Assembly (NCBI GenBank): GCA_047495785.1
Contig: JBLDXI010000049.1
Location: 62,001-126,000, forward strand
Direction: 5' to 3'
Length of the DNA: 64,000 nucleotides
From: Lepidodermella squamata
Taxonomy: Eukaryota > Animalia > Gastrotricha
The translations under genes and the position numbers were made by a program. The notes under the pieces were generated by a model. It was not told where the DNA came from. It saw only the letters and a program-made list of their open reading frames with translations, and searched no databases. Of the stretch, positions 26,829 to 40,640 are shown piece after piece; within the stretch, counting starts at the first letter, position 1, and each line of letters opens with the position of its first letter.

Positions 26829-27542
26829 TTGCTAGAAGCTTTCATAACTAGAATGTTAATCGAAGTCGATTGGCGTGTGTTGATCCCCTTACCAGCAATA
26901 TGATTTTCTAATATTTGTGTGTAATTTAGGCTTTATTTATTTGGGAAAAACTGACTTATCATATGAGGAGAATCTTATAATCATTAGTCCGGACATTGAT
27001 TCATCAATAAACTATTGCCAACATAAAAAAAATCTCATCGACTGAAACGAGTTGTTATCAAATTTTCATCGTTATTGGTAGCCAGCAGATGGGTCTTGCC
27101 GTGGTAATAGTTCAAATCCGTACGACTTTGTGCTACAACGTAATACAGCGTTAACATTGTACTGTTAACGAAATGCCGTTTTTGTTTGTGAATGAGTTTG
27201 GTGCTTTCATCCGGCGTGAATACGCGTGTTGCCATTGTTTGCGTGTATTTCATACACAATACCCAGCGGGCGTCTGGCGCAATGTTTTGTTTACTCGCGC
27301 AGCGCACATGGCAGCGTCCATGCATGTTTTCATACTCAATGCATGTCGGTGTTTGACTACATGTCTGCGTGTCTGTTTTTATGTGCTTCGTCTATGCTTA
27401 GCACGCATTTGTTTGAATGAATGCATTACTAGACACACTCTCACTCACTCTCTTTATTCTCAACTGCTCACACAGCTCAAAGTATAAAATTCTCGCAGTG
27501 AATAAATAGTCGTAAAATTGAGGCTACTTTTGGCTCCAAAAA

Positions 27543-28359
27543 ATGCTGAATACGAAGCAGTCTTACGTCTGGAACGATGACATGAAGGAAAAGCTTATTG
27601 CTGGCTACGAAAGGCGACCGGCTCTTTGGAATTCAAAATCAGCTGAGTACAAGTGCACGGCCACTCGGCAAGAAGCATGGGCCGATCTTTCAGCTGAAAT
27701 TAACGTTAACGGTAAGAAAACTCACTATGTCCTGTTCTGAAATACTCGTAATCTTTCATTTTCAGTTGAGGATATCAAAAGCCAAGTAAACTTGCTACGG
27801 ACGCAGTTCAATCGCGAATCTAAAAAAGTCGCTGTACGGCCGAATAATGCCGCTACCTGGAAATGGTATGACCGCCTTCGTTTTATGGGCGAGGTCGATG
27901 ATAAGGAGGAAAAGGTAGACTTCAGATTATTTTATGAGGGTTAAATTACGATTTCTTCAACAGGAATTTGACAACGACGAGAGTTTCCAAAATGCAATGT
28001 CATTCTGGGCGTCTGGTGCTAATGAAGAGCAACCTGGGCCATCGCCCCCTGTGTCCCCAGCTCTCAATCTCTCAGCGCCTAATTTCTCGGCCCAGCGAAA
28101 GAGGAGGCTGCCCCCTAGCCAAGATGACAACGCAGCAAACAGCAATTCATCGAGATCTCAGTTGCCCGGGGATGCCGTGACTGCCGCGGATCACTTTGGT
28201 AGATATGTTGCCGAGTCTCTGAAGACAATGAATTCTTTCAATCGAGATCTTGCTATGACAGAAATTGCTCAAGTACTGTTTAGGGTCAAGTACTCAGCAT
28301 TGAGAAGTCCTACGTCTGCTAATACTGTTTTTCCTCAACATTTCCAAGAGAGCGAATAG
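27543..28359 (+). CDS. MADF (Myb/SANT-like) + BESS-like protein
   Basis: Three exons: WNDDMKEKLIAGYERRPALWNSKSAEYK..RQEAWADLS|..LLRTQFNRE..WKWYDRLRFM|..DHFGRYVAESLKTM..LAMTEIAQVL. Confidence 0.85.
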
Positions 28360-28425
28360 ACTTAATAAAGTTACTTTTACATTAATTATCCCACGTTATT
28401 TCAGAGCCAGAATGACACATTTCAC

Positions 28426-28635
28426 TTAAAAGTCAGTTCCACCAACAGCCGTAAATTTTCGACGCGTATAATATGTAGCGAAATGCTGATTCATGCTGTC
28501 GACCAATTTAGCCGCGGCAGCGCTTGATTGCTACATAAACATGATAGAATCGATGGGCCCAAGCTGCATGTCTTCAAGCGAGGCAACCATTTTGAAAGCA
28601 GTTATGTAAAGTCTTCGTAAATTATCCAATTTATT
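28426..28635 (-). pseudogene. Orphan last exon of an NR-c-type gene with a premature stop
   Basis: LRRLYITAFKMVASLEDMQLGPIDSIMFM*QSSAAAAKLVDSM aligns to NR-c LRRLYITALKIVASVEGKHGPQNSVALMKKSSAVSARLADSI. Confidence 0.75.
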
Positions 28636-28737
28636 TAGATTTTCGTACATTTTCCCTCAGCATTTTCAAGAGGTTGGTACAAATTCATGGGTTTTTAGTT
28701 TTATATGACTATTTAGTTTTATGACGCTAGCTCACTT

Positions 28738-30103
28738 TCAACACCGCGAGTTATACAATTTTTCTCCGTGAGTCATTCGCGCATTCACCCAAATATCGTC
28801 AACCACCAGTCTTAGATTATCTCTGATTGAAACAACTCCCGCGTTGTCTGTGTACACAGAGACGAATCGCTTTATGCTGTCGGCCAATCGAGCCGAGACA
28901 GCGCTTGATTTCTTCATGAGCGCGACAGAATTCTGCGGCCCATGCTTGCCTTCAACCGAGGCGACGATTTTAAGAGCAGTTATGTAAAGTCGACGCAGCT
29001 TGTACAGTTGCGGGAACTGCTTGCAAACATTCACTGAAATTAATTCAAACTCTAAGTTCAATCAATGGCTTAAAAAGAACAAACCCTTGAAAAGTAGCAG
29101 GGTGAAGAAAATTGAAGCTTGCATAAGTGAAGGCTGCCAATGCTCTAGAACTTCAGCAAGTTCAGCAGCTGAATCAGCTGAGTTCTGGCGGGTTAGAGTT
29201 CTTCATTTAAGCACGAAAAAACATAATTATATTAATCCTAACCCGAAATTCAGGATAATCTTTAAGTAGCCATTTAGTAACATCACTGCTCATGCTCAGC
29301 TTCGAAGTGGCGTTGCCGGGTAGACATGACATCGAAGATCCTATCGCTGGCCAACCGCTTACAAAAGCCAACTGGATTTCCCGGTTTCTCAGACCGAATT
29401 TTTCTGAGTAAGTAACGATATTAGTAAATATTTCATTCCTTACAATGATAGCGCCTTAAACCTTTCAAAAAACATGCGTAACTCCAGCCGATTTTCATAC
29501 TTTGCTGAATATGGGTTTGCAATAGCTCGCGATGCTTTTCCAGGTTGAAATGACCCGTAAACATTTTCAGCGGTAGCTATGGGATAATTAATATAACATA
29601 AGACCCATTGCTTTCTCAAGCCTCACTGATTCCATGCCATGAAGTAATGTGAAAGCTAAAATCGAATTTTTAACGGCGTCTTCAATCGCTGCTGCGTTGA
29701 TCATACGGGGCTCTCTCGCCATAACCAGTTTCTTGTTAATGCATTTTCGCTTACCGGCTATAAAAATGCTGACATGTTCGATGAATGTCTAGAACAAAGA
29801 ATAGCATAGCTTACACTTCATGCCGGCTTCGAAGCATTTCTCAAGGCGACATTTCGTGCAGTTCGCGCGGGAATTCCCGATAATGGAGCAAGGCGGTTTC
29901 TCTGCGACACATATCAGCGAGTTTCGTTTAGGGTGGTTGCGGTAAAAGAATTTTTTGCAAGCGTGGCAAGTCCTGGGTTGGTATTCTTTTCGTGGGAGAA
30001 CTTTTAAAGTACATATCTGCAAAAATATGATGATATCAATCCTTTTCCTTAAGTTTTAACGCACCTGACAGAATACAAGCTCGTCTTGCTCCATGCTAAC
30101 CAT
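28738..30103 (-). CDS. Divergent nuclear receptor NR-c
   Basis: MVSMEQDELVFCQ|ICTLKVLPRKEYQPRTCHACKKFFYR..CTKCRLEKCFEAGMK|..REPRMINAAAIEDAVKNSI..|WQPSLMQASIFF.. Confidence 0.85.
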
Positions 30104-31699
30104 TGCGTTTTACCCAAACGAGTTGTAATGCAGTTTGTGGCTTGATTGAAAAATTGAGAGCAGATCGATCGGATTCTTTTGACTTAAAAAACTACTAAGC
30201 AATTTCATACCACGCTAATTCATATAAACGTACATGCCCACCAAGGACAGATTATATGAAGCTATTATATATAAATACTAGCATTCAGACGCGTACACGA
30301 TAGCAAGAATAACTTGAAAAGTCCGTGCATGCCTGAGAACAGTTCTGGGTAGCACTCTCACCCGGCTTTATAACCAATCCATCAAATCAACGCATAACGT
30401 GCCGCAGTCCGAGCCCATTAGATTAGTGTCCCCAGTCTTGTCCGTTTTCTTCGCCATCGGCGTGTTAGCAGTGAGCATGTCGAAGTGGATCAATTTTTCT
30501 CAATTACCGATATCAATCATCAGCATTCCTTATTAGACACAACGGCAGCTCGAAACTATATGAAAATGACCGAAATACCGGTCCATTCCCATTAGGTAAT
30601 AAAAAATGTTGTGCCATCAAGGAAGATAGACAATGACGAATGAATACGAGCGGAGGCCAAACATTGGCCAGATGTCATGAATACGCAGGTTTCATGACAG
30701 AGACGGAGTAAGGAATGATTACATTAGAGGAAAAAATCGAAATTAAATTCGCTATCGTTTCCACTTGAAAAACTCGATGTTAATAAGCTTTACTTGCCCA
30801 CTACACGCGTGTATAGAGATTGGCATTGTATATATTGACTTGCGCGCCTATATTCTATATTGTCAGCGCAAAAGTAAACCTGCTTATGAAGACACGGGGA
30901 TTAACATAGTCCATGATCAGGTCTATGTGCCTGAGATTCAAATCACATCAATGAGATTCAAATTCTGACCAGAAGAAAATCAGGCTATTCTGGTCAAATA
31001 TCAATAAGTGGGTCACATCAGTTCAATAATCAGATAAATGTCACGGATAGGACTAGAAATTATTGTAATTTTAAGGAACTGTTCGGCCGAGACGAAAAAT
31101 GTTGAAATACTACACTTCCCTCCTGTCGTCTTGGAAAATATTCGCACAGATATTTGTGGAATCTTCTCTTGGCTTGTTAAACTGGGAGTACAGTACTTTG
31201 CACAGTGCCGCCTAGTATCTCACGATACTGTTAAAGCATACGATTTAGTAAATCGCGAAAAAATCGGGAAGTCTCTGAGAATATAATTGCTGTGATGGAA
31301 CGTTGTTATTCAAGCGAAAAAGCTAGCTGGGAAAATAAAAAATCAATAACGACCTGTCCACTCGTTTCTATGTCATACGCTGCAGCAGGGTTGTCCTTTA
31401 TCCCTAATTTTCTCCTTCATTTTATTACAGATTTCAACGCTTTTTGACGAGAAATAGCCGACCTCTACACACCTAAAGTAGACTTCAGATGCTTTATTCT
31501 TACGTAGTTCACTCCACATACTATTTTGTAATGATGTTGGCGCGTTCTAAATTTGAAAATTTTGATAATTAAAAAACCTATGCATTGCGCGAAATAGGAT
31601 TCTCGAACTACGGGCAATTTTATGACCATATGATCCCCTTTGTGAAACCTGGGGCTAATTTTCCACTACTTTTTAACTTGAACTTAACCGGTTGACCTT

Positions 31700-31960
31700 C
31701 GTCAGCTTGGATTTTGAGTGAGTTTGAGCACTTGCTGTTTCATGCCCGGGTCTGATGATTGCAAAGTGTCGAACATGCCACCCTCAAAGTCAGGCTTTGC
31801 ACAGTTAATGCCAATGCCTCCCTTTCTGTTAGCCAGGGTCATGCAAAGGTATGTGCTGGGGCTTCGCTACGCCCTCAGACATTTTCAGCGGCTTCAACAC
31901 CCTTAAGGAATCCTTTCTCTAGACCTGACGCAGCTAACAACCTAACAGCAATTCTTCGAG
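31700..31960 (-). mobile_element. Possible degenerate piggyBac transposase fragment
   Basis: Frameshifted peptides IAVRLLAASGLEKG and STYLCMTLANRKGG recall the piggyBac motifs V-x-RL...L..KG and TYxCGTxRxNRKG. Confidence 0.3.
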
Positions 31961-32318
31961 ATGAGATCCAGATTGGATGGGGATGTCGCCGCTGCCGCGG
32001 ATCAGGATCAATTTGAAAGAGCGCGAATAGATGCGATATGTCATTTTTATATGTCATTTTTACTAGCGACAATCCAAGTGTAATAAACCTCTATAAATTG
32101 GTGAATCCACGATCTTGTTAACCAAAGGTGTCAAAATTAAAGTTGATATATATTGATATATATGTTTCGATAGCTCGCAGCTCGCATCTTCATTTCCTGT
32201 AAACCTTTCCCTTCCGCATGAAAATCATAGATTATAACTATTTTCTATTGTCTATGTTGAAAATGAAGTTACGGGTTTTTAGTCTCTCGTCTGACAATTT
32301 CACTTCTAGAAGTCACTT

Positions 32319-33460
32319 TCAGCAACCTGAGGTGGGGAATTTTTCTTTGTCAGTCACTCGCGGATTCAACCAAATCTCGTCAACCACCAGTCTTAGATTA
32401 TTCCTGATTGTAACAACCCCGGCGTTATCAGTGTTCTTAGTGACAAAACACTTAATGCTGTCGGCCAATCGAACTGAGACAGCGCTTGATTTCTTCATGA
32501 GCGCGACAGAATTCTGCGGCCCATGCTTGCCTTCAACCGAGGCGACGATTTTAAGAGCAGTTATGTAAAGTCGACGTAGCTTGTACAGTTGCGGGAACCG
32601 CTTGCAAACATTCACTGAGATGAATATAAGCTTGAATCTCAAAATTCAATCACAGAATTAACAAACCTTTGAAAAGTAGCAAGGTGATGAAAATTGAGGC
32701 CTGTAAAAGTGAAGGATTCCATTGCTCTAAAACTTCAGCAAGTTCGGCAGCTGAATACACTGATTGCTGTTTGATTTGAGTTCAAATATGCACAAAAGAA
32801 TATCGATTAATCTCAACCTTAAATTCAGGATAGTCTTTCACCAGCCATTGTTCGACATCATTGCTCAGGTGTAGCTTCGAAGTGGCGTTGCCAGGTAGAC
32901 ATGATAATGAAGATCCTATGGCAAGCCAACCCGTTGCAAAAAGCCGCTTGGGTTTCCCGGTTACTCAGACCGAATTTTTCTGTATATCTAAAGTAAATAA
33001 CTTAACAATATATTGGAGATCCTAAACCTTTGAAACAGCATGCGTAACTCAATCCGATTCTCAAACTTTGGTTAAGATGAGCTTCCAATAGATCACGATG
33101 TTTCTCCAAGTTGAAATGACTAGAAAAAATGTTCGATTACTGACTAGAAAAAATAAACATTGCTTACACTTCATGCCGGCTTTGAAGCATTTCTCAAGGC
33201 GACATCTCGTGCAGTTCGCCCGGGAATTCCCGATAATGGAGCACGGCGGCATTTTTGAGACACATTGCAGCGAGTACCGTTTAGGGTGGTTGCGGTAAAA
33301 GAATTTCTTGCAAGCATGGCAAGTCCTGGGTTGGTATTCTTTCCGTGGGAGAACTGTTAGAGAACAAACCTGCTCAAAAATAGGATAGCAATCGTTTTAT
33401 TTCGCGGAAATTATAACACACCTGACAGAATACCAGCTCCTCTGGTTCCATGCTAATCAT
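32319..33460 (-). pseudogene. Nuclear receptor NR-d, duplicate of NR-c lacking the hinge exon (DBD-only product or pseudogene)
   Basis: The DBD is intact (CHACKKFF). The REPRM..HGMES exon and the start of the next exon are absent. A direct repeat tgactagaaaaaat lies at 33117 and 33141. Available acceptors shift the frame to an early stop. Confidence 0.7.
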
Positions 33461-34189
33461 TAGTGTGCAATTTTTGCTTGAAAGCACGAGTTCCGATGCG
33501 GTTTGTGGCTTCAGTGCAGACTTGAGAGTGGACCGACTGGAAGTCAAGAAGTTTCGTTTTTTACTACTAAGCAATTCAGTACCACGCTAATTCTTATGAA
33601 CGCAACCGCACATAATCGACCGACTATAGACGAATTCAGAATGAATTCATTATATACCGGCATTTAGGCCCGTAAATTGATGGTAAGAATAACTTGAATC
33701 GTCCTCGCATGTCTTTAAAATGTTCTGGGTAGCAATATCATTAGGCATAAACCCAGAACATATTGCAGTCCGTAGCCTTAGAATAGATTAATGTCTACAG
33801 AGTATCGCCCGTTCCCTTCTCCATCGTATTCATGTTTTGCGATTGATATACGTAGGGGATCAAAATGTCTTAATTACCGATATCAATCAGCATTCCTTAA
33901 TAGACACAATGGTATGCCAGGTCGAAACTATGCCGATGACCTCGCATCTCGCATCAGCGAAAAATGTCCATTTCCATTAGGTAATAAGTGTTGTACTAAC
34001 AAGGAAGATAGCTGGCGAAAACTGGATAAAGAGAGAGGTAAGGCCACTGATATAGCTAGACATTATTTATAGGTGATCAGCTGTTCGACCGTGACGAAAC
34101 TGTTTAAATGTAGCAATATACTACTCTGCTCGCGATTCGCTAGAGAATTTGGCTTCCCATCGTCATTCGCAAGCTAACCAACTGATGTT

Positions 34190-34310
34190 TAAGCGTCATA
34201 CAGTATGGAACATAGATATTGAGCTCAGGGGCCCTCCATGCCATGTTTAGTCCGCCGTGACCCAGGTCAAAATGGATCTTCCAATTGGCATCGAAGACTT
34301 GATCCATGTC
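34190..34310 (-). mobile_element. Possible Ginger/KRBA2-type integrase N-terminal remnant
   Basis: MDQVFDANWKIHFDLGHGGLNM...NIYVPYCMT resembles the FD..H..GHGG....Y...C HHCC region. Stop codons lie upstream. Confidence 0.35.
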
Positions 34311-35114
34311 CCTTGAACTTCGACGGCCTCTGGCCTTCGCTTTTCATAACTTGGGTCAGTCTTTCAACGCCGCCCGCAACTCTAATTCTATAACGTGCCA
34401 AACGTCAAACGATAAGGTTACCTATGCATTTAGCAAAGGATGAGAATCAGGTTTTTTCAAATTACTCATCTCTTCTGCTCAGGGCTCTCTATCTCATTGC
34501 TTCTGCAGCTTTGCAAACGAAAAGTCAGTTGGTTGATTCGCTGTCATTCGGTGGCAGAAAGTTATAGCAGTTCTTCTCATTCTCCCTTGGACTTTGCAGC
34601 AGCTATCAACGTTTCTGTCGAAGAATAGTTATTACAAATTGCTGATCTCGTATCTCTGAATTAAATATAAATGGGCAATGCAAGTTTGACAGCCCCATCG
34701 AAGTCATGCCAGCTTTTGACAAACCGGGTATATTCAAGAAATGAAGAAACGAAATCGGTTGAACTGATCATGCGGCAGAAACTCCAAATCAGCATGCCCA
34801 GAGCTGTTTCTCCTATTAGGTAACCGCGATCCAAGCATCATGCAGGATTGGGTTCTTTATACCTCGCTTGAGGCTTGAGTTTGACAAGTTAAACAATTAG
34901 AATAAGGAAAATTAGTCAAAAAGCGTTAGTCGAACTATATACGCCTTTTATTAATCACGGGCATGCATTATCTTGTTACATATTCGCGAAAATTTTACAA
35001 GTTGCGGTTTCATTGACAACTGATATGGGCTTATGAGACGATAATTAAGCAAATATAAATTTAAAAGTCACAATCAAGTAAATTAATGGCTTCACGACTA
35101 TCGAATACTCCTCT

Positions 35115-36491
35115 TTATCCTTCAAAAACATCAGCATTGTCAACCGCGAGCTCATAGACTTCCTTCAAAGTTTGGCCCGTTTCACTGCCCAATATTGGCA
35201 TGTGGTCGACTGATTTGGCCGCCTTGACAGTCTTAGTATGACAATTCAACAACAAACGCATTGCCTCATCTGGTTCGCGCTGCTTTTCCATGGAACTGAT
35301 CAAGCTGAATGCAGTGGTGTAAAGTTTCCTAATATGAGCCAAACGAGGGAACCGCGAAACGGCATCAGCTTAGCAGGATAAAATTCAATTGTGGATCGAT
35401 ATAAAAATTCAACCTACAATTGAAGAGTAACATGCTGAAAAATATTGATGACTCCAAAAGAGTAGGTCTCCAATTCTCTAGAGCAGCAGCGAGTTCATTG
35501 GCAGAATCTAGGATTGTCTGTAAAGAGGGGTTTTAACTCAATAGGTCTTTTTCTTATGGAACTTGCCCTAAATTCAGGAAGATTTTTCAGAAGCCAACTT
35601 GCAGCGTCTTGGCTAAGATGCAGAGTTGAGCAAGAGTTTCCAGGGAAACAGGAAAAAGCTGTAGAAACTGATTGCCAGCCGGTCAACATCGCAGCTTTAG
35701 CTTCTTGTGGGGTCAGTCTGAACCTTTCTGCAAGGAACCTTTAGCGAATGGGATTTAAAATCGGCAATATGCCACCTTTGAAAAATCGAGTATATTCCAA
35801 AGAAACGGAGCAAAAGTGGTTGAACTGGCCCCAGTGCAAATCGTCCAAATCAGTTTCACTAGTGGCATTCCTCATAGGTAGCTGGTAATTTCAGATTTCA
35901 GGTGAGATCAATACATCAATAATTTTCTCTTACGTAATCCAAGCTTTGAAGTATTGTGAATCCATGAACAGCGAATTTGAGTGCATCTTCCAGGATATCA
36001 CCATCGAGGATTGCAATTTCACTGCTGGGTGACGACGAATCACATTCAGAATAATTCTCCTTCGAGGAGTTTGGTACTTTGGCGGACTTTGACCGAGATC
36101 CACCTGAATAATCGAAAATGTGATGACCAAATGTATCAAATCGGAATATGTAAAATTTCAGTTAGTCAATATACTCACGCTTCATTCCGGCTGCTAAGCA
36201 CTTTGCCAGACGGCATTTCTTGCAAAGGCCCCTGTCTGCGCCAACTATGACGCAGTTATTTGAACCATCCTGGCAAACAAGATCTCCAAGATGATTTCGA
36301 TGCCGCGTGAAGAATTTCATGCAAGCTTGGCAAGTTCTTGGTTGATATTCCTTTCGAGGCGGAACAACTGCTGTGCATATCTTATGAGGGTTTGAAGGGG
36401 GTTAACTCAATAATCGAGTTGAAAAAGTGATGGAGCTTACCTGACATAGAGTGACTTTGTTGTAAGGCTTCGGCTTGATCAGAGACTTCAT
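35115..36491 (-). CDS. Divergent nuclear receptor NR-e
   Basis: MKSLIKPKPYNKVTLCQ|ICTAVVPPRKEYQPRTCQACMKFFTR..CKKCRLAKCLAAGMK, then WRPTLLESSIFF and LAHIRKLYTTAF. Confidence 0.85.
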
Positions 36492-38611
36492 TTAAAGAAT
36501 TAAAATTTCTCTCCAGCTTAAATGTTGGTTAAATTAGGAAAAACGTGATTCTTGTTCGATGAGAAATGTTTACAGATTGCATTCATTGCACAGACTTGGG
36601 CGCAGACAATTTTGGACATTAGGAACATCACAATCGGAACAGTTTTGCAGGAGAGTGGTGACCTAGATATGTGTTCAAGTGCGTGATCGATGATATGTTC
36701 GACTATATCAAGACCGTCGCGCACTAACGCGTCACAGGAAGGGCTTTTAGACACTTACGCATTATGTGCCAATTATTAGCCATATTAGTCTTTGTCCGAA
36801 CTTTCAAGTTCGGACGCAGCTAATAATGGACAATCATCGCTATGCGCGGAATTAGGCCTCTCGTATAAAACAACTGTGAGTCGTTTCGTTCCTCCCTATA
36901 TAAGCCGCGAGATCGGATGCGCGAGTTGAAAAATTCTCATTTCGTCAATTTAAGGACAACTCAGACATCAGACTGTCGAGAGTACTCGACCGTGTTCTAA
37001 GTGCTTGCGGTCTCACGATTGTCTACAATGACGCCAAACGAATGGACATGCGCGACGCAAAGTACTGAAATGATAAATTCTTGCTATGTATTGACGAGCG
37101 ATGTTGAACTACGTGTATCGACGACAGGAATTCTAACTGAAACACATCATTGAAAACTTCAAGTTTGATATTTGTCCCCAGCCTGTTGCTTGCAGTGTGT
37201 CACTCGCCCCGCTTGAACTTCACAGACTCCAAGGGGAGTATGTTTGCACTGGCAAAAGTCCCCAGTATTAGGGACATTATTAAACTATTTACAGCTGTTC
37301 AGCGCAAATTGCCGATAATTTTGAACATATACGCTGCTCAGAGCCACTGCATCGCAGTATGCTCACGGACAAGGCGACAGCAGAGCGCATCGGATTTTTG
37401 CTTGGCAGGCAAGGTGAAAATCGGAAAATTACTAAGTGTTTATTAGATCTTTGCGCGCGTGATAAATGAGGCTTAACTTTCGTACAATAACGGACAAGAA
37501 TGATCCATTTTCCCGGACCCTAAAAAATAGCTCAGATAATAATAGGGTTAGAGTAGTTTTAAGAAAATATGAATCGTTTTTCATTCAGCCTTTTTATCCT
37601 GAAACAAGGACACGCTTTCATCGAAGAGGATAAATTCAGGCGAAAGTGAGGAAAATTTCCAACATCTGTCTTAAACGGTACCTCGATTTGATTGCATTTG
37701 AATCGTGATTAGCAAAGTTATTTTAAAACTATTTATATCCAGCCGACTGTCTGAGTTTTTCTTTCTATTTCCGGCTTTTTTTAGCGCAGCATAGAGCTAA
37801 AAATATGGTTATCAAGCACGTGTTGGATCTATTCGGTTCCAACTTGGCGAATTCTAGTCACCTCCGAGTTTTACTGTCAGCAATGAGTACATCTGATTCG
37901 TGTGAAGCGGTTGGCTTGAAAATGCTGGGTCAACCGCTCTGAGGAAATAGGGTACAAATTCAACTTTTTCAGCCTACGCACTCAGATCGACAAACAATGG
38001 ACGCCAGGCTGACGTAAGATCACGTCTACTAGCGTCTGGTGCGTACTTCATGTGCGATGTGCGCCTGATGACTGGGCTGCAACATCAGGCAAGCGTTTTT
38101 CCGGGCCAGTTGAGAATTGAAAATACATACTATGAATGCCCGAAATCGGTTATTGCAACCGTTGATATCCATGATCTTACATTGGCGCCGAGACCCGTAG
38201 TTCTATTACCTCAGCTAAAGAGTCGACCATGATGCGATGAAGGCATAGTCTATGCATCGGCAAAACTAGACCTGCGATTGCTTGAATAGCACAGTCAACT
38301 CGCCGTTTAGTGGAAATGGTCTCACATCTTCTTCGGCCGCTACGTCAAACCGCGAAGCATCAATCGTGCCAGCCGTCATAAGATATGTGCTTAGAGCAAG
38401 TGCGTGGACAGCCAACTGTTGTTGGATGAAATGAAGCAGAATGCTATAGACTGAAATAACGCTACTTAAACCCTTGAATCTTGGCTTTAAAGCCTTCTCA
38501 ATCCTCTGAATGAATAAATAAATAAACGCTTTGTACGAGGAAGGTTTCACTTTTCAACAAATCAGGGTTTTACTTTTCTTTCAACTAAGGTGAGCTAGAA
38601 GCCGAATGATT

Positions 38612-40640
38612 TTAGAAACCAAACTCAGTTACAGACTCCGAAGGCTTTGCTGAGACATACAACAAAATTGGAGTGAGCAGTGAAGCCAGCGCATAGATCC
38701 ACAAATTGACGCGTTCGATAACTTCGGCAATAAACAGCCATTGCTCTTCGATTGTGGCCGCTTTCTGGTTTTCTTGTCGATTCGGAGGGCTGTTGACTCC
38801 ACATTGCAAATCAGACATTTCCGCAGCATCGCAACTGCTTGCTCCAACTGAAGACGATCGAGTGCCCTTCAGACGCCGTCTTCTTCCTTGAACTTTAAAC
38901 TTGATGAATTGACATTTGCCGAAAATCTTCGCTGCTCCGAGGAGCCAAGCATGCGGTCGAGTCTGGAATCAACTTTTTTACCGAACTTGGTTGATAAGTC
39001 AGCTCATACTCACCTTGTTTGCCTTGGACTTTTTCAAGGCCCAGAGAACAATGCCGTGACCTAGAATTGCGATTATTGCGATGTAAATCATTTGAAGGTG
39101 GATGTATAGGGAAAGCATTGGCACTTCTCGAGACGATTTTGGGACCTCGCTCAAAATCATGTTCTGAAACAAAAATCAAAAACATTTATCCAGAAGCATC
39201 AAACTTGTGAGGTTCACCTGGAAAAACAGATAGGCCAGAAAACACGAAACCGAAATGCCCACTTTCCCTGTCTGTTCCACCTAGAAAAACGAGAATGATT
39301 CTCACAATCAAAGTTTTGCCAATGTCATCGCTTACCGGGATTAGGAAAACAACCAGTTGAACTGCAGCGATTGTAACACTAGGGATGATTATGTTGACCT
39401 TGTAGAACAGAGTTTTGCGGCAGAGCAGCAGGGAGAAGATGACCTTTTCATAGGTTATGCCGCTAGCTGCCGAATACTTTTCGGCAACAACTTCCGTACG
39501 GTTTGCTGCAACGTGCCACAGGTCGTTTTCAGTCCATAGATTGTCAACCCTTGCGAACGGATTATTCAGTAAGATGAGCTCCTGCATTGTGGCCGGATAG
39601 TTCCAACTTTCAAGAACGAATTGGCAAATCTGTGACATTATAAGGGAAAAATCGAGGGTGGCCAAATGTTAGATTGATTCTCTCACCTGGTAATCGAAAG
39701 GGAAAGTTGCCAACTTGATGTTGCATTGGTCTTGGATGATTCCTTTTGGATACAGTTCGATTTGGCCGCTACTTTTAAGAAGGGCTTTCGATTTTTCACC
39801 CAAGATGCCACCGCCACTAAAGCCACGTTGTAATTTATAACTATCCAAGTTTGAAAATTAAGCAATAATTTTACTTTTCGCCGGATGCGCCGGTTGTCCA
39901 AGCCAAGTCGGGTAGCCAAAGCTTGTCCGTAGCAACCAGCAGCCGGTGGGCACATTTAAAAGGAAAAGTGTTGTCCCACTGCAGATAATCGTTAGTCCAA
40001 ACCTTGACACGTATGAATATGAATTTCCAGGTAAAACTTGTGAGAAAAATTCTAAATTGCCCCAATTTCATTTCGATTTTTTTCAATTTTAATCTCGTAA
40101 AAATTCGATGAAAATGGGACAATTTGAGAAATTGTATAAAAATCTCTAGAATGATATAAACTTGCAAACTTACTATTGATAAGTATCCATCGATTTGAAC
40201 AGAACCTTGTCTTTCATCCTGAACCAAAAGACTCATGAATTAACGTGACGGTTAGGAACGTTTCTCGAACCAATTTTCGTAGGCTGAGCATTTTAAGCCG
40301 AACTCCGACGACAACCGGCTCTGTCAAATTTTTTCTTGGCCGCATTTTCGAATTCGGATAGTTGTTGAAAACATGCGCGTAGACTTCGTCTTCGGATATC
40401 ACTGTGGATCAGGTGAATTCGTGAATTAGGAAAATTATCGTAATATCCGAGTCTTACTCGTTGATAAGCACGTTTGGTTCATGCTTTCGGTGCGGTTGTT
40501 AGCCATAAACTCAGCGGCTCCACCTGTTTGAGAGGAAAATAGTTCGTGTAAAAACGTTGACCCATTCAATCCAAGTAGTATCACCGCTCACCGCTTAAAA
40601 GCATGGAAAGAAAACAGTGCAAGAGAGAACTGATTAACAT
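38612..40640 (-). CDS. Cys-loop ligand-gated ion channel, non-alpha nAChR-like subunit (multi-exon)
   Basis: Signal peptide; RPRKNLTEPVVV; WTNDYLQW; LWLPD; Cys-loop CNIKLATFPFDYQ|IC; RKTLFYKVNIIIPS; M2 EQTGKVGISVSCFLAYLFFQ; M4 QWLFIAEVIERV. No vicinal Cys in loop C. Confidence 0.9.

Noticed and set aside
27035-27487. Cys/hydrophobic ORFs upstream of the MADF gene
   Set aside because: Low-complexity TG-rich sequence with no family signature.
36518-38550. Several 60-98 aa ORFs between NR-e and the nAChR-like gene
   Set aside because: No motifs or consistent exon chain.
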